DNA of 62,987 nt, counting the filler, from Octopus bimaculoides (taxonomy: Eukaryota), in NCBI RefSeq assembly GCF_001194135.2. It is 4 parts of 4 records of this genome, joined end to end, with 100 filler letters (N's around TTAATTAATTAA, not from the genome) between each part and the next. Parts side by side here need not be neighbours in the genome. Positions count along the whole stretch, not along the records: positions 11,389 to 31,941 come from NC_068997.1; 3 more parts are not named here. One strand, given 5' to 3'. This document shows positions 13,953 to 27,179 of this stretch, in pieces. The notes beneath the pieces are model-generated. The model saw only the letters and a program-made list of their open reading frames with translations, did no database searches and had not been told where the DNA came from. A program made the position numbers and the translations under genes. How positions within the stretch are numbered: the stretch's first letter is position 1; each line of letters opens with the position of its first letter.

Positions 13953-15599
13953 NNNNNNNNNNNNNNNNNNNNNNNNNNNNNNNNNNNNNNNNNNNNNNNN
14001 NNNNNNNNNNNNNNNNNNNNNNNNNNNNNNNNNNNNNNNNNNNNNNNNNNNNGGGTGTGTATATGTATGTGCATATATGCATATATATGTGGGTGTATGT
14101 ATGGATATGTGTATATGTATATATGTGGATGTGTGTATCTACTGGCTTATATGTATACATATGTGTGTATGTATGTCCGAGTGTGGGTATAGGCGTACCT
14201 GTGTACTTACAATCATCCATGGGAATGTTGTGTGCCTATAGATGTATATGCACATGAATATATGTGTGTGTGTATGCACATTTTGAGTGTGTATATATGA
14301 GGATGTGGGAGTAACTATCTTCTGCGTACTAGGGCTTCTGGTACTCAACAATATTCTTCCATGGTTTGGACGGTTTTATTCATCGATTGTTTGTTTGGTC
14401 AATTATTGTTTACTTATCTACTCATTTAAACCAATGTATTGATTAACTAGTTAGTTATGTAGGATATGGTATGGTGATGGTGCTGGTGGTGGCAGCAATA
14501 ACAGTGATAATTAATTATTTAAGTAAGTTAACGGTAGTTAGGTAGGATACTCAAATCTTAGGGTCATCCCCATTCACTATTATCTCTATAGTAATTAACG
14601 CCCCATGTTTTAACCAAACAGTGGAAATAATGAAATACAATTACACGTAAATTCACTAAGTTTATAAATAACCACCATAATGGTTCATTAGTTGAGTGTA
14701 TCTACTAAAAATAGAATACTTCTAAGCATGTATATATACATAAGGATAGTTATTTATTTTTATTTATTTATTTCTATCTGCATATAGACTTCTTAATAAT
14801 CTATTCAATAACTCATCTAACCCTTGTATTGGTATATACACTCCATCTATATAAGTATATAGTGGAATGAAGGGATGTGTGCTTGTGTATGTATATGTGT
14901 ATATACATATATGTACGAGTGTATATAGAAATATATAGCACGCGTGTGTGTGTGTAGGTGTACGTATGCATGCGCATCCTAACCCTCTTGACCGGTTGGC
15001 GTCTATCCAACCGTAGCTAAGCCTAGGTAGTTTTAAACAATAGTCGTCCAATTAGATGAGAGGAATTAACTGTAGAAATTAACCCTCCCCAAATAGCAGC
15101 AGAATCTCTCATACCCACTGAAAGGAACAACATGATCTTCTACGCAGAAAAATAACGGAGCACCACAAAGTTCGAAAGTTGGCATATTGTTGTTGTTGTT
15201 GTTGTTGTTGTTGTTATCATCATCATCATCATCATCATCATCATTATCACTATTATTATTGCTATTAGAGTATTAATAACTCCTCTGGAAAGAACTTCCA
15301 CATAGACCCATCCACCACATACAGAACTGACACGCACGCACGCACTCAGCAAAAAAAAAAAATAAATAAACAGCCTTCAAAACACAACGAATAATGTTGG
15401 TGCCAGGGACCATGTACGTATGGGAATATCTGCGTATGCATATATGTATGTGTGTACGTAGGTGTGGGGGGATAGATATATATATATATGTATATTCCCC
15501 CTCAAATGTGGTGGCAGTGACTGTTGACGTACATCTGGACACACATATATATATATGCTTTTGAATCCTTTGATATCCAAGTATGGTTATGCACACAGA

Positions 15600-16010
15600 C
15601 ACAGACATGTGTATTGGAGTGTCTATAACTATTTGTATGACCTTTTTATGTGCCTTATATTTTTATATTTTCATTTTTCATTTATTTATTTTATTTTTAC
15701 TGTATTCTTATTTTTATTTTTATTTTTTACTTTATATTTGTGTTGAATTTTTGTGAATCTCTGAAGAGGCCTAGCGAATCATGCATGTACCCCCATTTCA
15801 GCATTTCATCTGCTAATTACTCCGGCAGGAGCTATTCGGATAGAATGGGGCATGCCAACGCTAGGCCGAAACAGCTGTAAGTTTCTGTTTATTCTCAAAT
15901 TCCTAATGTACTTTATATTTGTAACCTTGATTGTTAATATAACATGGTATGTCATAAGCATTTGTATATTGTGGTTTTTGTCATTTTAGTTACAAAATAA
16001 ATTAATTAAT
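15600..16010 (+). mobile_element. Probable Penelope-like pseudo-LTR remnant carrying the HHR
   Basis: T-rich flank, PLE-type HHR with palindromic stem III, and a downstream AATAAA near 15997. No coding part seen; boundaries approximate. Confidence 0.5.
15755..15885 (+). ncRNA. Type I hammerhead ribozyme, core-intact, long branched stem II
   Basis: Stem I gaatct/agtttc; core CUGAAGA (15761-15767); 9-bp stem II ggcctagcg/cgctaggcc; GAAA (15868-15871); palindromic ACAGCUGU stem III; GUA cleavage triplet (cut after 15879). Confidence 0.85.
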
Positions 16011-16268
16011 TCAACAGAATACACTGTCTGCAAGTTGATGGGTACCGCATATTCTCCTCCATTTTCTAATTGCTGTATAAATTTAGGGTAAAATAACCCC
16101 CCTTTTACCCGCATCCACTTATTACACTTGGTATAACACTAATGTAACAATAATTGAGTACCCTCCCAGCAGTATATTGGATAGATACTATCCCTTAGTG
16201 GGTTGAATCCTCAACCCCTAACTCTCTTGCATTATATATATATATACACACACATGTATACATTTATA

Positions 16269-16388
16269 GGATGGCTGTATGGTTATGAAAATTGCTTCCC
16301 AATTACATGGCTTCAGATTCAATCCCACTGTGCACCACTTTCAGCAAGTGCTTTCTACTACAACCCCAGGTCAACCAAAACCTTGAAA
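16269..16388 (+). mobile_element. SINE family A 5' half, diverged
   Basis: Head similarity. Confidence 0.6.
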
Positions 16389-16714
16389 ACTGAAATAAGC
16401 CTATAGTGTATATGTTATCATGTAATATGTGTAAATATGTGTGCGTGCATGTGTGTGTGTGTGCATGCGTGTGTGTGTGAGTATTTGTGTGTCTACATAC
16501 ATATGGGAGGAGATGGGGCTGTGTATTTGTTTACATCTGCCTTCTGTTAAAGTTGCAAGTTACGAGTGGTATTGTTGTTGTCACTTCCGTCAACAAATCA
16601 TCTGCTCACTTCATACCTTCCAAGACATGTGAAATAAGATACGCCTTACTTGAAAAGTGGGTAGTAGTTTGTGACAGGAAGGACAATTAGTTGCAAAACA
16701 GTGCCTGAATAATA

Positions 16715-17045
16715 TATTCTCAACTGGGATCCATATGGCTCCTGAGGGTCCATATAAGATTTTGGGTGGGATCCATGCAAGAAAATAGAAAATTGGAGAT
16801 TCACAAAAATATTTTAAGAGCCCCTGAAAAAATTTTGCTTTAGATGTATGTATTAGTATATATTGCAAGATACAGCGGGGTTTCTTTCTCTAACATTTTA
16901 CATAGTTTAATCTACACAAGCTAATGTGTGAAAAAAAAGCATTTTGAACAAAGTTTCTATAAAACTACTTGAATGGCTATGGGGGTCCACAAGAATAAAG
17001 TAATAATCAAAGCAGTCCATGGATAAAAAATGGTTGAGAACCCCT
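16715..17045. mobile_element. hAT-derived MITE-like element
   Basis: Ends ttctcaac...ggttgagaacccct, a hAT-type TIR remnant; non-coding interior. Confidence 0.5.
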
Positions 17046-17183
17046 CATCTAAACCATACTAAAATGGAAAAGTGAAAATAAAACAAAAAAATGAAAATGT
17101 GTGTGTGTGTGCAGGTGTATGTATATGGATATATGCATATACATACCTGTATCTCTTTCTCTCTCTTTAATATATAAATACAT

Positions 17184-17228
<45 letters not shown>

Positions 17229-17612
17229 GGCATTGGTGTGGCTGTCAGGAAGAAGTTTGCTTCCCAACTACATGGTTTGGGGTTCAACACCACCGTATGG
17301 TACCTTGGGCTAACTAATGCCATGTAAATGGATTTGGTATATAGAAACTGATAAAAGACAGTCGTGTGTGTGTGTGTGTTAGTGTCTCCTTGCCTTGACA
17401 TCGCGTGATAGTTGTAATCAAATGTCACCATCATGCAAATGATGTCCTTTGTTTCCAGTCTTCTGTAAAAACATGTCTGGCCATAGGGAAAATATTATCA
17501 TACTTAAAAACAGGTGAAGATTGGCCAGAGGAAAGGCATCCAGCAGTAGAAAATCTGCCTCAACAAATTCCATTCAATCCATGATAATTGCATGCTAAAA
17601 CAATGATGATTA
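17229..17612 (+). mobile_element. SINE with family-A-like head and RTE-like tail
   Basis: Head similarity, then aggaaaggcatccagcagtagaaa and an atgatgat tail. Confidence 0.55.
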
Positions 17613-18559
17613 TGTGATATATATGGTGAAGATAGTGATTCTGGATTGGTAAATCAAACATAAAGAGCTCTCTGCACTAAAAGTCTTGATGTAAATTTAT
17701 GCCAGGGCACACATGAATCTTACATGTAACATGCAGTCTAGTACAACCTGTTGCATGGTTGGTCATCAGAGACTAAACTAGCTTCTCTTGTTGCCTAGTG
17801 AGGAAGGTTGTTAGAAACCTGACAGGTCACAATACCTTTTAAAAAGATGGATGGACACAACACAGGGTTAACAATTATCTAGTAATCATGCAGGGACATT
17901 GAAAACTCTTTGTGATGAACATGCATACTGCAAGATAACTGATAGACCCCTAGTTCTAGTTAATACATCTGTATAGAAGGAAGATATTCTTATGTAACAA
18001 CCTGAGGATCATTCAGCATCTAGTCATTCCAGCCAAAGCAAGGTCACTGGGAGGAAAGCAATTCTAACTGAATATTGAGTACAATCTGTGCTTGCTTCAC
18101 TTATGATAATCAATTTCACACACAGAAAATTCTTGGGAAACATACCATGAATCTCTCAAACGGTTTTGTGCAGTGGGAAGTAGTGGAAAATACAGACTTG
18201 ACCAGGTACAAGTATGTTATTGCAAATCCACAAGTAGACATTATGACAATGGGGAAATTTGGCAACACATGAGCAGCTCTTCTCAGGGATAGCACTAACC
18301 TGTTAATCTGGAAGGACCTAGAAAAGGTGGTTGAAACAAAACTTGCATAATTCTGGAATTGGACAGCAAGCCAGCAGCTGCTGGTTGTTCTCTCTTTGCA
18401 AGATGGAAAAAACTTTTTTAAATGATCAAAAAAGAAACCAATGCTTAAAAAAAAAGGTCAAATAACGTAGAAGGAAAAATTCATGGATGAAAAACTTATC
18501 AGAATTTCAGATGTTGCTGATGCATATAAAAAGTTGGAAAAGACTCTAGTCACAATCAA

Positions 18560-18870
18560 ATTTCAAAACCAGCAAAAAATTTCAATCGACCTAGGCATAC
18601 GCGCTTAGCATTGGCACACAGAAATGTGAACAAAATATGCCAGACATCTACAATATCTGAAACATGTCCACCACCAGTACTTGTATCAACAACTAAAACC
18701 TCTTGGAATCTTTTGTATCCGATATAGAAGCAATACAACAAACTCACTTGTCAAGTGTGAAGCCTACATTATTGAAACAATGACTTAGATGGTCTGGTCA
18801 CATCGAGCTGGAAATGGAAAGTGTCTGCAATACAAGCCAAGGAAGAAAGACAACAATAGTGAAAACTGTC
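18560..18870 (+). mobile_element. Degenerate RTE-like LINE fragment
   Basis: KYARHLQYLKHVHHQYL...AYIIETMT*MVWSH resembles the post-RT region of RTE elements. Confidence 0.45.
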
Positions 18871-20035
18871 AGTTGTTAAGACTCTCTAATACCTTTAGAG
18901 CATGCATACAGAACATTTATGTGTTATATCAAAGCGGTCTATACTCTTGCTTTATATGAGAATTACTCTTCTGTATCACATTCTTTAATTTTTGATTACT
19001 TGGAAAGAATTATTTACCTTGTTACCTTGTGAACAGACTAAACATACATACACACACTCACACTTATCCATGTATGTATTAAATATTAAAAGCTGCACCC
19101 TGTGTGGATTTTAAACCTAGCTCCTGTGGAGGGCTAATTAGGCCTGTGGCCCAAAACTAAGGAGAACCAAACAGCATCACTATAATACGTCTATAATGAC
19201 TATATGCCCTGGTTTGATGAGAGGTGAATTATGATGGAGGAGAATTAATTCTGTAATTCTATTGTTCCAGTCCCAAGTCGAAGGAGAGAGAGAGAGAGAG
19301 AGAATGTCAGTGAGGGTAAAGCAGAAGGAGAAAGAAAAATATTTGATAAAAGGACAGAGAACTGAACTGAAAGTGTTCCCCAAAAGCCTTTTGGATTTTA
19401 CCTGATATAAGGGCAAGGAGCATACTAAGGGAAGATGGAGCTTTGAAGATAGAGTATCTGAGTATGAATGTTCTCTCATGTATATGGGATGGGGAGGTGA
19501 AATTTCTCATCTTAGCATTAAGATGGTTTCCACTAATTCCTGATGATTACCTTTTTTTCTGATATGCAGAGCTAGCATCTCTTAATGGCATTCTTGTATG
19601 GTCAAGACTTTTTGGTAATCTTTTAGTTGATATCAATATCTGCACCATTTTCTTTTAATTGCCATCTGTAGCTTGCAACTTTGTATTGTGTGGTTGAGGA
19701 ATTTCCACTTGAAAGATTTTTCAAGCAATGTGGTGTAGCATTTTAGCTTGGTGTTCTGATTCCCATCCATAGATTTGACCCCTGCATCATAAATGATAAC
19801 TCTGTGTTACATGATACATTCAGAGGGCATGTCATAAACTTCCTTCTTGATCATCAAACCTCAGTAGTAGGACTGAGTTTTTATGAGATAATTACTATCA
19901 TGAGACGGGAGCAGCTATGTAAATGCATACATGCATACATACATACATAGTAAAATAAATGGGATTGATTATATTCCAATAATAGTTCATAACAAACTAC
20001 AATATAAATATACTTATTGTGTATTTCATTAATAC

Positions 20036-22730
20036 TGTTACAAACAAAAAAAAATTATATTCAGATAATTTCTCATTCATATATGATTTGAATTAGAACA
20101 TCACTCTCTGGTTTTGCAAGTGAAAACAAAAAATATAATTCTCTGTGGTCATGTGACTGTTTAAAGTGTAGGCAGTGTGATTTTGGCATGCTTTTTACAT
20201 GGTGGTGAACTATAAATACTACTATTGAACATGTAGTGAGTGAGTCTGTGCTGGAAGCTAATGTGTACATGAGGTTTGAAGTCTGCTGGAAGACAATGTG
20301 TGATGTTGATGAGTTCATGCTGGAAAACAATATGAATGGTTTATGTAGTAGTTGGTGCCATGCAGTCGATGTGAGGCAGCTGCTGAGTGTGATGGTGCCG
20401 GGCAATTTCATGTGGAACAGTTGACACAGTATTTGGCGTCAAGGAAAACAGTAATAAGTTGGTTCAATGCAACAGTGAATGTGAGTCAGTAAATGCGAAC
20501 CGTGGTGCCTTTGTAAGGTGGATGGTTTTGAACTTGCTGCGAAAATAGTCAGTGTAAACTTGGCAACATGAAAAATGCAGAGTATGAAGTTGGTACCAGA
20601 CTAAAGTGAATTTGGAAGTAACAACAGAGTTCAGTCAGAAAAAAAAAAGATGAACGCTAGAAAAGACTGGTGAATAAAAGAGCTCACCAAAAAAATCTAC
20701 ATATTTCAGAAGTAAATGAAAGAACACTAAAAAAACTCTCTAAAAAACTGTCTATTTATTCCATAAATGTTTATTTGCCTCTTAATTAAAGTTCTTTTAT
20801 TTTGGTTATATTCAATAGTTTTGTTTGTTATTTTCAACTCTTCTGACTTCTTTGACTACTGCTTCTTCTGATCTAAGCAAGCTGGTTTGCTGAGCTCGCC
20901 TGCACAGTTTTCTGACTTACAGACACAGACTTTTGGAGCCTGTTGGTGGTGTCAGGAGGTTGCATATGGAGTAAAAATATCTATTTTTGTACTATCCATT
21001 TGTACTACATGAACAAGAAAGAATAAGAGATGTTTAGAGGAAATTGTTGGCACTGTAGGAAGTCAGGACATAAGTAGCAAGATTGCTAGAGCCTGAAGAG
21101 AGAGCAAAGGCAGGATGGTAATAAAAAGTTCACACTTAGGAAGGAGTGCAGGACATGTGGTGAAAAGGGACATCTCAGTTTTGACTGCCCTACATGAAAG
21201 AAGGATAGTAGGAGGAAGGTAACAGAAGATAAAGGAGTGTCGAAAAACTAGAAGGGGTTGGTATTAAGGGGCAACTACCAGCTGAATATTTCAAAGAAAC
21301 TCCACCTCTGAGAGAATGTAAAAGGACTGTGAGGGGCAGATTGACAGCCAGAAGTGTTCCCTTGTGATTGATTGATTCAGCCTCAGAGCAGACTTTTGTG
21401 AGACCTGAGATGTTACAGCATCGAGACCTACCAGAGCCACCACAGCAGTTGTGTGGTGTTACCAGGCATTGTACTGAACTGAAGGAACCAATTGATGTCC
21501 TGATTGAAGTTGCAGGACAACAGGTCATGCTTCCAGTCTATGTGGTGGAGATGGAGGATCCTTGTCTCTTAGGTCTGGACTACTTGGTGTCTATGGAGTG
21601 TCAACTGGACTTCTGTTCCATGAAGCTTTGGGTGAAAGGAAAATCAGTCCCTGTCAAGGTGATAAAGTGGACCATTGCTGGTGGTGAAGTGAAAGTGTTA
21701 TGGACGACAGTGATACCACTGAGATCGGAACTACTACTCCAGTGCGGTATGAAACATAATATTGACAAAAGAGATTGTTGCCCAATTGAACAACCAGCTT
21801 GGAGGATAGTGCCAGCACAGCGTAAAGAAATGGAACGTTCTGAGAGAGAAGTTAATACAGAAAGATGTTTGAAAAATAAAAATGAGTCAGAATTACAAAA
21901 TGTTTGTCAAAACTTTGTAGAGGAGACTAAATCTTTCCATGATGTCAAAGAAAAACATACAGTGTTTGCAGGAACATGGTAGGATAAACTTGAACCAGAA
22001 AATAGATCTTTTAATGAAAGAAAATGAGAAACTAAAAGAGCAAGTGTTCTCACTGAACGGTGACAACAGCTGACTGTCAGAAAGTAAATTTCAGCTGATA
22101 CAGGAAATGAACAAACTAAAGGTGAATATGTTACAAAGAAAAAAAAGAGAGGCTAGGAAAATTAACAAACTAAAGGTAAATATCTTACAAATATTTTACA
22201 TGTGTAAAAGGATTACTGTAGAAAAAAGGAAATGCATTCCAACTCAGAAGATTTTGGATTGAAATTGCAGTTTAAGATAGAAATTATTACACTATGGTGG
22301 AAGTAAAGAAGCTTCAATTCACAGAAAATAATTATCAGAAGTTATAAATTCAAGACAACAAAATGTTTAGGATGGAGGTAGAGTTACGAACAAAAAGAAT
22401 TTATTTTCAGATAATTTCTTGTTCAAACAATGTGGATTAGAAGACTGCTCTGGTTTTGCAAGCAAAGACAAAAAAGATAATTCTTTGTGGTCATGTGACT
22501 GTTTAAAATGTAGGTGGTATGATTTTGGCACGCTATTTACTATAAATTAAAGTTCTTTTAATTATATTCAACAGTTTCGTTTGTTATTTTCAACTCGTCT
22601 GACTTCTTTGACAACTGCTTCTTCTGCTCTAAGCAAGCTGGTGTGCTGAGCTCGCCTGCACAGTCTTCTGAGTAAGGCGGTTGCATGCAGAGTAAAAATA
22701 TTTATTTTCGTACTATCTATTTGTACTACA
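20036..22730 (+). mobile_element. Degenerate non-autonomous Ty3/Gypsy-type LTR retrotransposon
   Basis: Direct repeats 20036-21009 (TG...CA) and 22382-22730 (about 580 bp deleted internally), with a purine tract aggatggaggtag before the 3' LTR. The interior has two CCHC knuckles (CWHCRKSGHK*QDC, CRTCGEKGHLSFDC) and a retropepsin-like ORF (IDSASEQTFV, 21368-21982). No RT/RH/IN, and no clear TSD or PBS. Confidence 0.8.
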
Positions 22731-22784
22731 TAAACTTCTTAGTGAGCCATCACAGCAAAAGTGAAGAAGACGATTGTCTTGCCA

Positions 22785-23160
22785 GAGTCACATAAAAGGC
22801 ACTTGTGCCAGCTTTATGTAAAAGCATTCATGCCAGTGTCACATTAGAAGCACCCATCACTGGCCAAGCAGTCCAACCCATGCCAGCATGGGAAACAGTT
22901 CTCCTCACTCTTGAATACAACTGAGATACTTAAACCTCTCCATGTTTCAATGATGTTCACTAACACACACATATAATCATCAACATATAACATCTGTTTT
23001 CCATGCTAGCATGGGTTGGACAGCTTGACAGGATCTGGCAAGGCCACAGGCCATACCAGATTTCATAGTCTGTTTTGGCTTGGTTTTTATGGCTGCATGC
23101 TCTTCCTAACACCAACCACTCCACAGGGTATAAGGGGTGCTTTTTACAGGGTACCCACAC
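22785..23160. mobile_element. Two RTE 3'UTR fragments in opposite orientations
   Basis: Plus-strand fragment ~22785-22895 and minus-strand tail ~22975-23160. Confidence 0.6.
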
Positions 23161-23189
23161 CCATACCAATGCTTTCTACATAATACCTT

Positions 23190-24010
23190 GGTTTTTGAAT
23201 ATCAATTCTGGTGTGTTGGGCAAATCTTCTCAAGTACAGCAATGCATCATCTATCTCTACACCTCTTTATACAGATTTCCTCATCCAACCATATCACATG
23301 ACCAATCTAGCACAGTCTCCTCTGCCTCTAATTTCTTTTATGCCCAACTTCTCTCTCAATACACCAATGCTCTGTTGCCCATGCACACTGCTACCGTACA
23401 TACCAGTTTCATCCCTCTCCAGCCTTTGCATGTCCTCTGCATCCAGTGTCCATGTTTCACTATCACACAGAATTGCAGTTCATACACATGCATCATACAA
23501 TCTTCCCCTCACTCAGAGAGAGAGAGAGAGAGAGAGATCTTTGGTTGCCAAAAGAGGTAAAAGCTCTCTGAATTTCTCCATCCTATTCTTATTCTAGCAA
23601 TTGCATTCTTTGTACAACCTCCTCAACTGTTAATAAGGTCACCTAGGTAACAAAAATTATCTACAACTTCCAGAGAGCCACCAAGACATTTAAAGAAATC
23701 ACTTTCCTGTGTTACTGTGCTCTTTATGGCTTTATATATCTTCCACATACAAACATTACTTTCTCTGATAACATTCCTACAATTCCACTGCACCTTTTGT
23801 ATGTCCATAGCTTGCACTGGATACACTGAAAGGAAATTCTGCCTACACCCTTCCTACATACCAAGCAGGGCCATTTACTGGAAGGGTGAAAGGTCCTGTC
23901 TGATTTCTTTCTCACTAGGACCTTCATCTTTGCTAAGTTTATTTTAAAACCCTTCGATTTCAGGTTCTGTTTCCACATATCACTATCAGTTTCTCCTGTG
24001 TTCATAAGCA
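23190..24010 (-). mobile_element. RTE LINE fragment (same family, RT C-terminal region with PHD-like finger)
   Basis: KGFKINLAKMKVL, KWPCLVCRKGVGRISFQCIQCKLWTYKRCSG...FVCGR, LEVVDNFCYLGDLI. Confidence 0.85.
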
Positions 24011-24014
24011 CATT

Positions 24015-24420
24015 GTGCAGTAAGTTGATGCCAATAGTTTCTGTTGGTTGCAGTTTTCTTAATATCTAGTCATGTGATATTGGCCTCTCATGTCAGTGAT
24101 GAATGTTCTGCACCATGTAGTTTTTGATCTACTCTTTCTTTTTCCCCTCTAGTGGTGTCCATTAGGAAGTTGTTTTACAATGGACATTGTTCTGGTAAGC
24201 AAAGTATATGACCTGCTAGTTTTAATCTTCATTCTGTGATGATTTTGTTAAGTGCTCTTGTGTTTGTTCTCTTCAGATTGTTTTTCTTCTTTATTGGTTA
24301 CATGTCTTGCCAGTATGTTCACAAGATCCTTCTCAAGCATCTTTGATGAAATACATCTAGATTTCTGTTTTAGTGAGTTGATTAGTGTAGTTCTGGCCCT
24401 GGTAAAATTACAATTTCTTG
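24015..24420 (-). mobile_element. RTE-like LINE 3' coding fragment (different subfamily)
   Basis: RNLDVFHQRCLRRIL, RLKLAGHILCLPEQ; interrupted by stops. Confidence 0.65.
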
Positions 24421-25992
24421 GTTCCAATGAGTCAGGTATAAAAGCAGAAAGAAACAAAAAAAAACTGAGTTGCAATTGACTGCCACACTTTATTCAACTG
24501 CTAAATGAATTAGTACAGAAAACGTTGGTACATCTTGAATGATACTACCAGAAGAAAATATACATATTGGTTTCTCATGCAGTTGGAAGTTGGTGATGTG
24601 TGCTTAACCAAACAGAACACACAAGCACATCAAGGCTATCAGTAAAATAACTCTCCTCTCTCCATTCTGACCTCCTTCGTGTCTTCCCACCACAATAAAG
24701 GAAAGTGGGGGGAAAAAAATTTATATTTTAGCATACAAGTGGGCTCCAGCAAACAAACATAATTTTCCTGTGCTAGGCTGGTCTGTCATGTGATGGGACT
24801 GGATAACCCATGTAAAACCAGAAAGACTCGATTGATGTATATGCCATCATGTGACCACTTGTAGAAAACATGCGTATGAGCCAATATCTGGGTATTCAAG
24901 GCTAGACAACCAAATAACAGCTAAACATACTTCTGCTACACTGTCAATTTTCATGATGCTCTTCCATGTCTTAGTAGCATGAAGAATTGTAGATAGAACT
25001 ATGCTATTAGAGAACTGAATCTGTGTGAGCCAATGGTATTGAAGGACTTGATAGCGTGAATTCTCTGGAATTTTCGTTTATTTTCTTAAATGAGTTGTCA
25101 ATTGCCTTTGAAGTCCTATATCTCAAAGGAAAGGTCACTCTTCAGAGTGAAGCAAAAATATAAAAATTTTGAAAAAATTGTCCGAGTCGTAAATTTTGTT
25201 GTATAAATCACAGGAATACTAAAAAATTTTGGGAAGGGAACAAACTTATTCGTTTCCCCCACGAGGTGTGGGAATCTGAGACAAAGTTATTGCAAATCTC
25301 CGCCCGGGATGAGGAGTTAGTCCATTAAATCGAAACCAGTACTTGACTATATTACTTTATTTGTTTAAGAGGAACGACATGATTAAATCAACGGCGATCT
25401 ATTCCTGGAATATGCATGTTATTTGGCTCTAAGTCAGATTTCATAGAGCAGATATATTATCAAAGGCGTCCTAACAGTCCCCATCCCATCCAATTTCTTT
25501 CTTTCTTTTGTTTTTGTATTTTCTTTCAATTGAGGGGTATCTTGGGCTACATCCTGTAATTTGTTGTTCATTTCATTGGAAACTGTAATTTTGGGGAGGT
25601 TTAGCTGCTATTTCGAACAAATTCAACGACCATATACAAGCCTCCTGGTTGGCTCAAAGTTATGTTCTCGTGACACAGACACCACTACCACCATTTGATA
25701 TCTCTGTGAAGTCGCACAACCTTCTAGAAATAATATCGAATACATCTCCATCAAATAACATTCTATTGTCTTAAGAGGAGAAGGGCACGTTAAATTAAAC
25801 GGCCTTGAATGCACTGTACCTAAATAAAAGCCGGGATATAACATCTGGAACGTCTTCCATCATATGTATATACAATCAAAGATGACATAGAGATAAATAA
25901 CAACAACAGCACTCGACAGGGATAAAATTGAATTGTCGAATGACATTTTGTCTTATCATTCCTAACAGCAAAACAGACATAAGTAAACTTAC

Positions 25993-26100
25993 CTCCGCTG
26001 CAGAAAGAAGTCGGTGTTGAAATCGGCGGTGTCAGAGAAAATAAAGTTCCCTTTGAAGTTTACGTAGAGAAATTGCTCTGACCTATATATTGTTGTCAGA
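25993..26100 (-). other. PEX10: Probable non-coding first exon / TSS region of PEX10
   Basis: CpG-enriched unique sequence ending in a consensus donor GGAG|gtaagt (plus strand acttac at 25987-25992), with a GGGCGG box near 26186. Same strand as, and upstream of, the PEX10 coding exon, whose ATG lies only 7 nt into its exon. The link to PEX10 and the 5' boundary are inferred. Confidence 0.45.
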
Positions 26101-26198
26101 TCCAAGTCAATCCTGATTCAGAAGCTCTATAGTCAAAGTTGTTCCTATCTCATTGCATGCCCAGGACACGTTATCTAACTCTGAAGGGCGGAAAGGTT

Positions 26199-27080
26199 GG
26201 ATCTTTACCCTTTGAATGGCACATCGAGAAATTATTTTTTTGTAACTAAACACTTTCAAACTTCGGACACTGATAGAATGTGTCATATGAAACATCTTTT
26301 ACACTTAGTGATGTTGCGAAAACTTTATATTTTCAAAGTTATTTCGTGTTAAAGTTGTCTTATTTAGGTAATTTCAACCAATCAATGACGTGTAATCAGC
26401 TGAAAAAAATTGCTGCTGCTGTTTGTTAACAACAACTTCCTGCGGTGTATATTTCGTTTGTCACTGTTATTTATGACATATTTCACCTCAGTTACGTTTG
26501 TATGAATAAATGAGTGTATCTGAAGCATGTTTACTTCATGCCACCACCACAATCGTTAGTACATTTCTACTGCTTTTAGTTTCTGTTTTCCTGTTTTTCA
26601 GCTACTATTTTCGGAAAGATGTTTTTGCCCCCTCCCCATCCAATTTCTTCATTTTCTCACATTTTTCCGTAACTCTAACCATAAAATCCCAACCTTAACC
26701 CTAACCCTAAAACCCTAAAGCTAAAACCAGTACAAACGCACGAACGATGTCATAAATAACAGTGACAAATGAAGTATACACCGCCGATAGTTGTTGTTGA
26801 CAAACAACGACAGTAATTTTATTCAGCTGAATACACGTCATTGATTGGTTGAAATTACCGAAATACGACAACTTTAACACGAAATAACTTTGAAAATATA
26901 AACTTTTGTCAACATCAGGTGCAGGAGTGGTAAGTAGCTTGCTTACCGACCACATGGTTCCGGGTTCGGTCCCACTGCGTGGCATCTTGGACAAGTATCT
27001 TTTACTATAGCCTTGGGCTGACCAAAGCCTTGTGAGTGGATTTGGTAGATGGAAACTGAAAGAAGCCCGTCGTATATACG

Positions 27081-27179
<99 letters not shown>

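Noticed and set aside
14985-15012. cggttgg/ccaaccg hairpin resembling an HHR stem II
   Set aside because: No CUGANGA or GAAA on either strand.
17734-17775. Minus-strand CUGAUGA flanked by a possible stem I (tagtct/agactg) and stem II (caacc/ggttg)
   Set aside because: GAAA and stem III are absent (only tact remains); at best a deleted relic.
21368-21982. 204-aa ORF as a host gene
   Set aside because: It is the protease region of the LTR element.
25690-25866. Minus-strand peptides MEDVPDVISRLLF and DGDVFDIISRRL
   Set aside because: Splicing them gives an immediate stop, and PEX10 already has its start codon at 13166; no evidence of coding.
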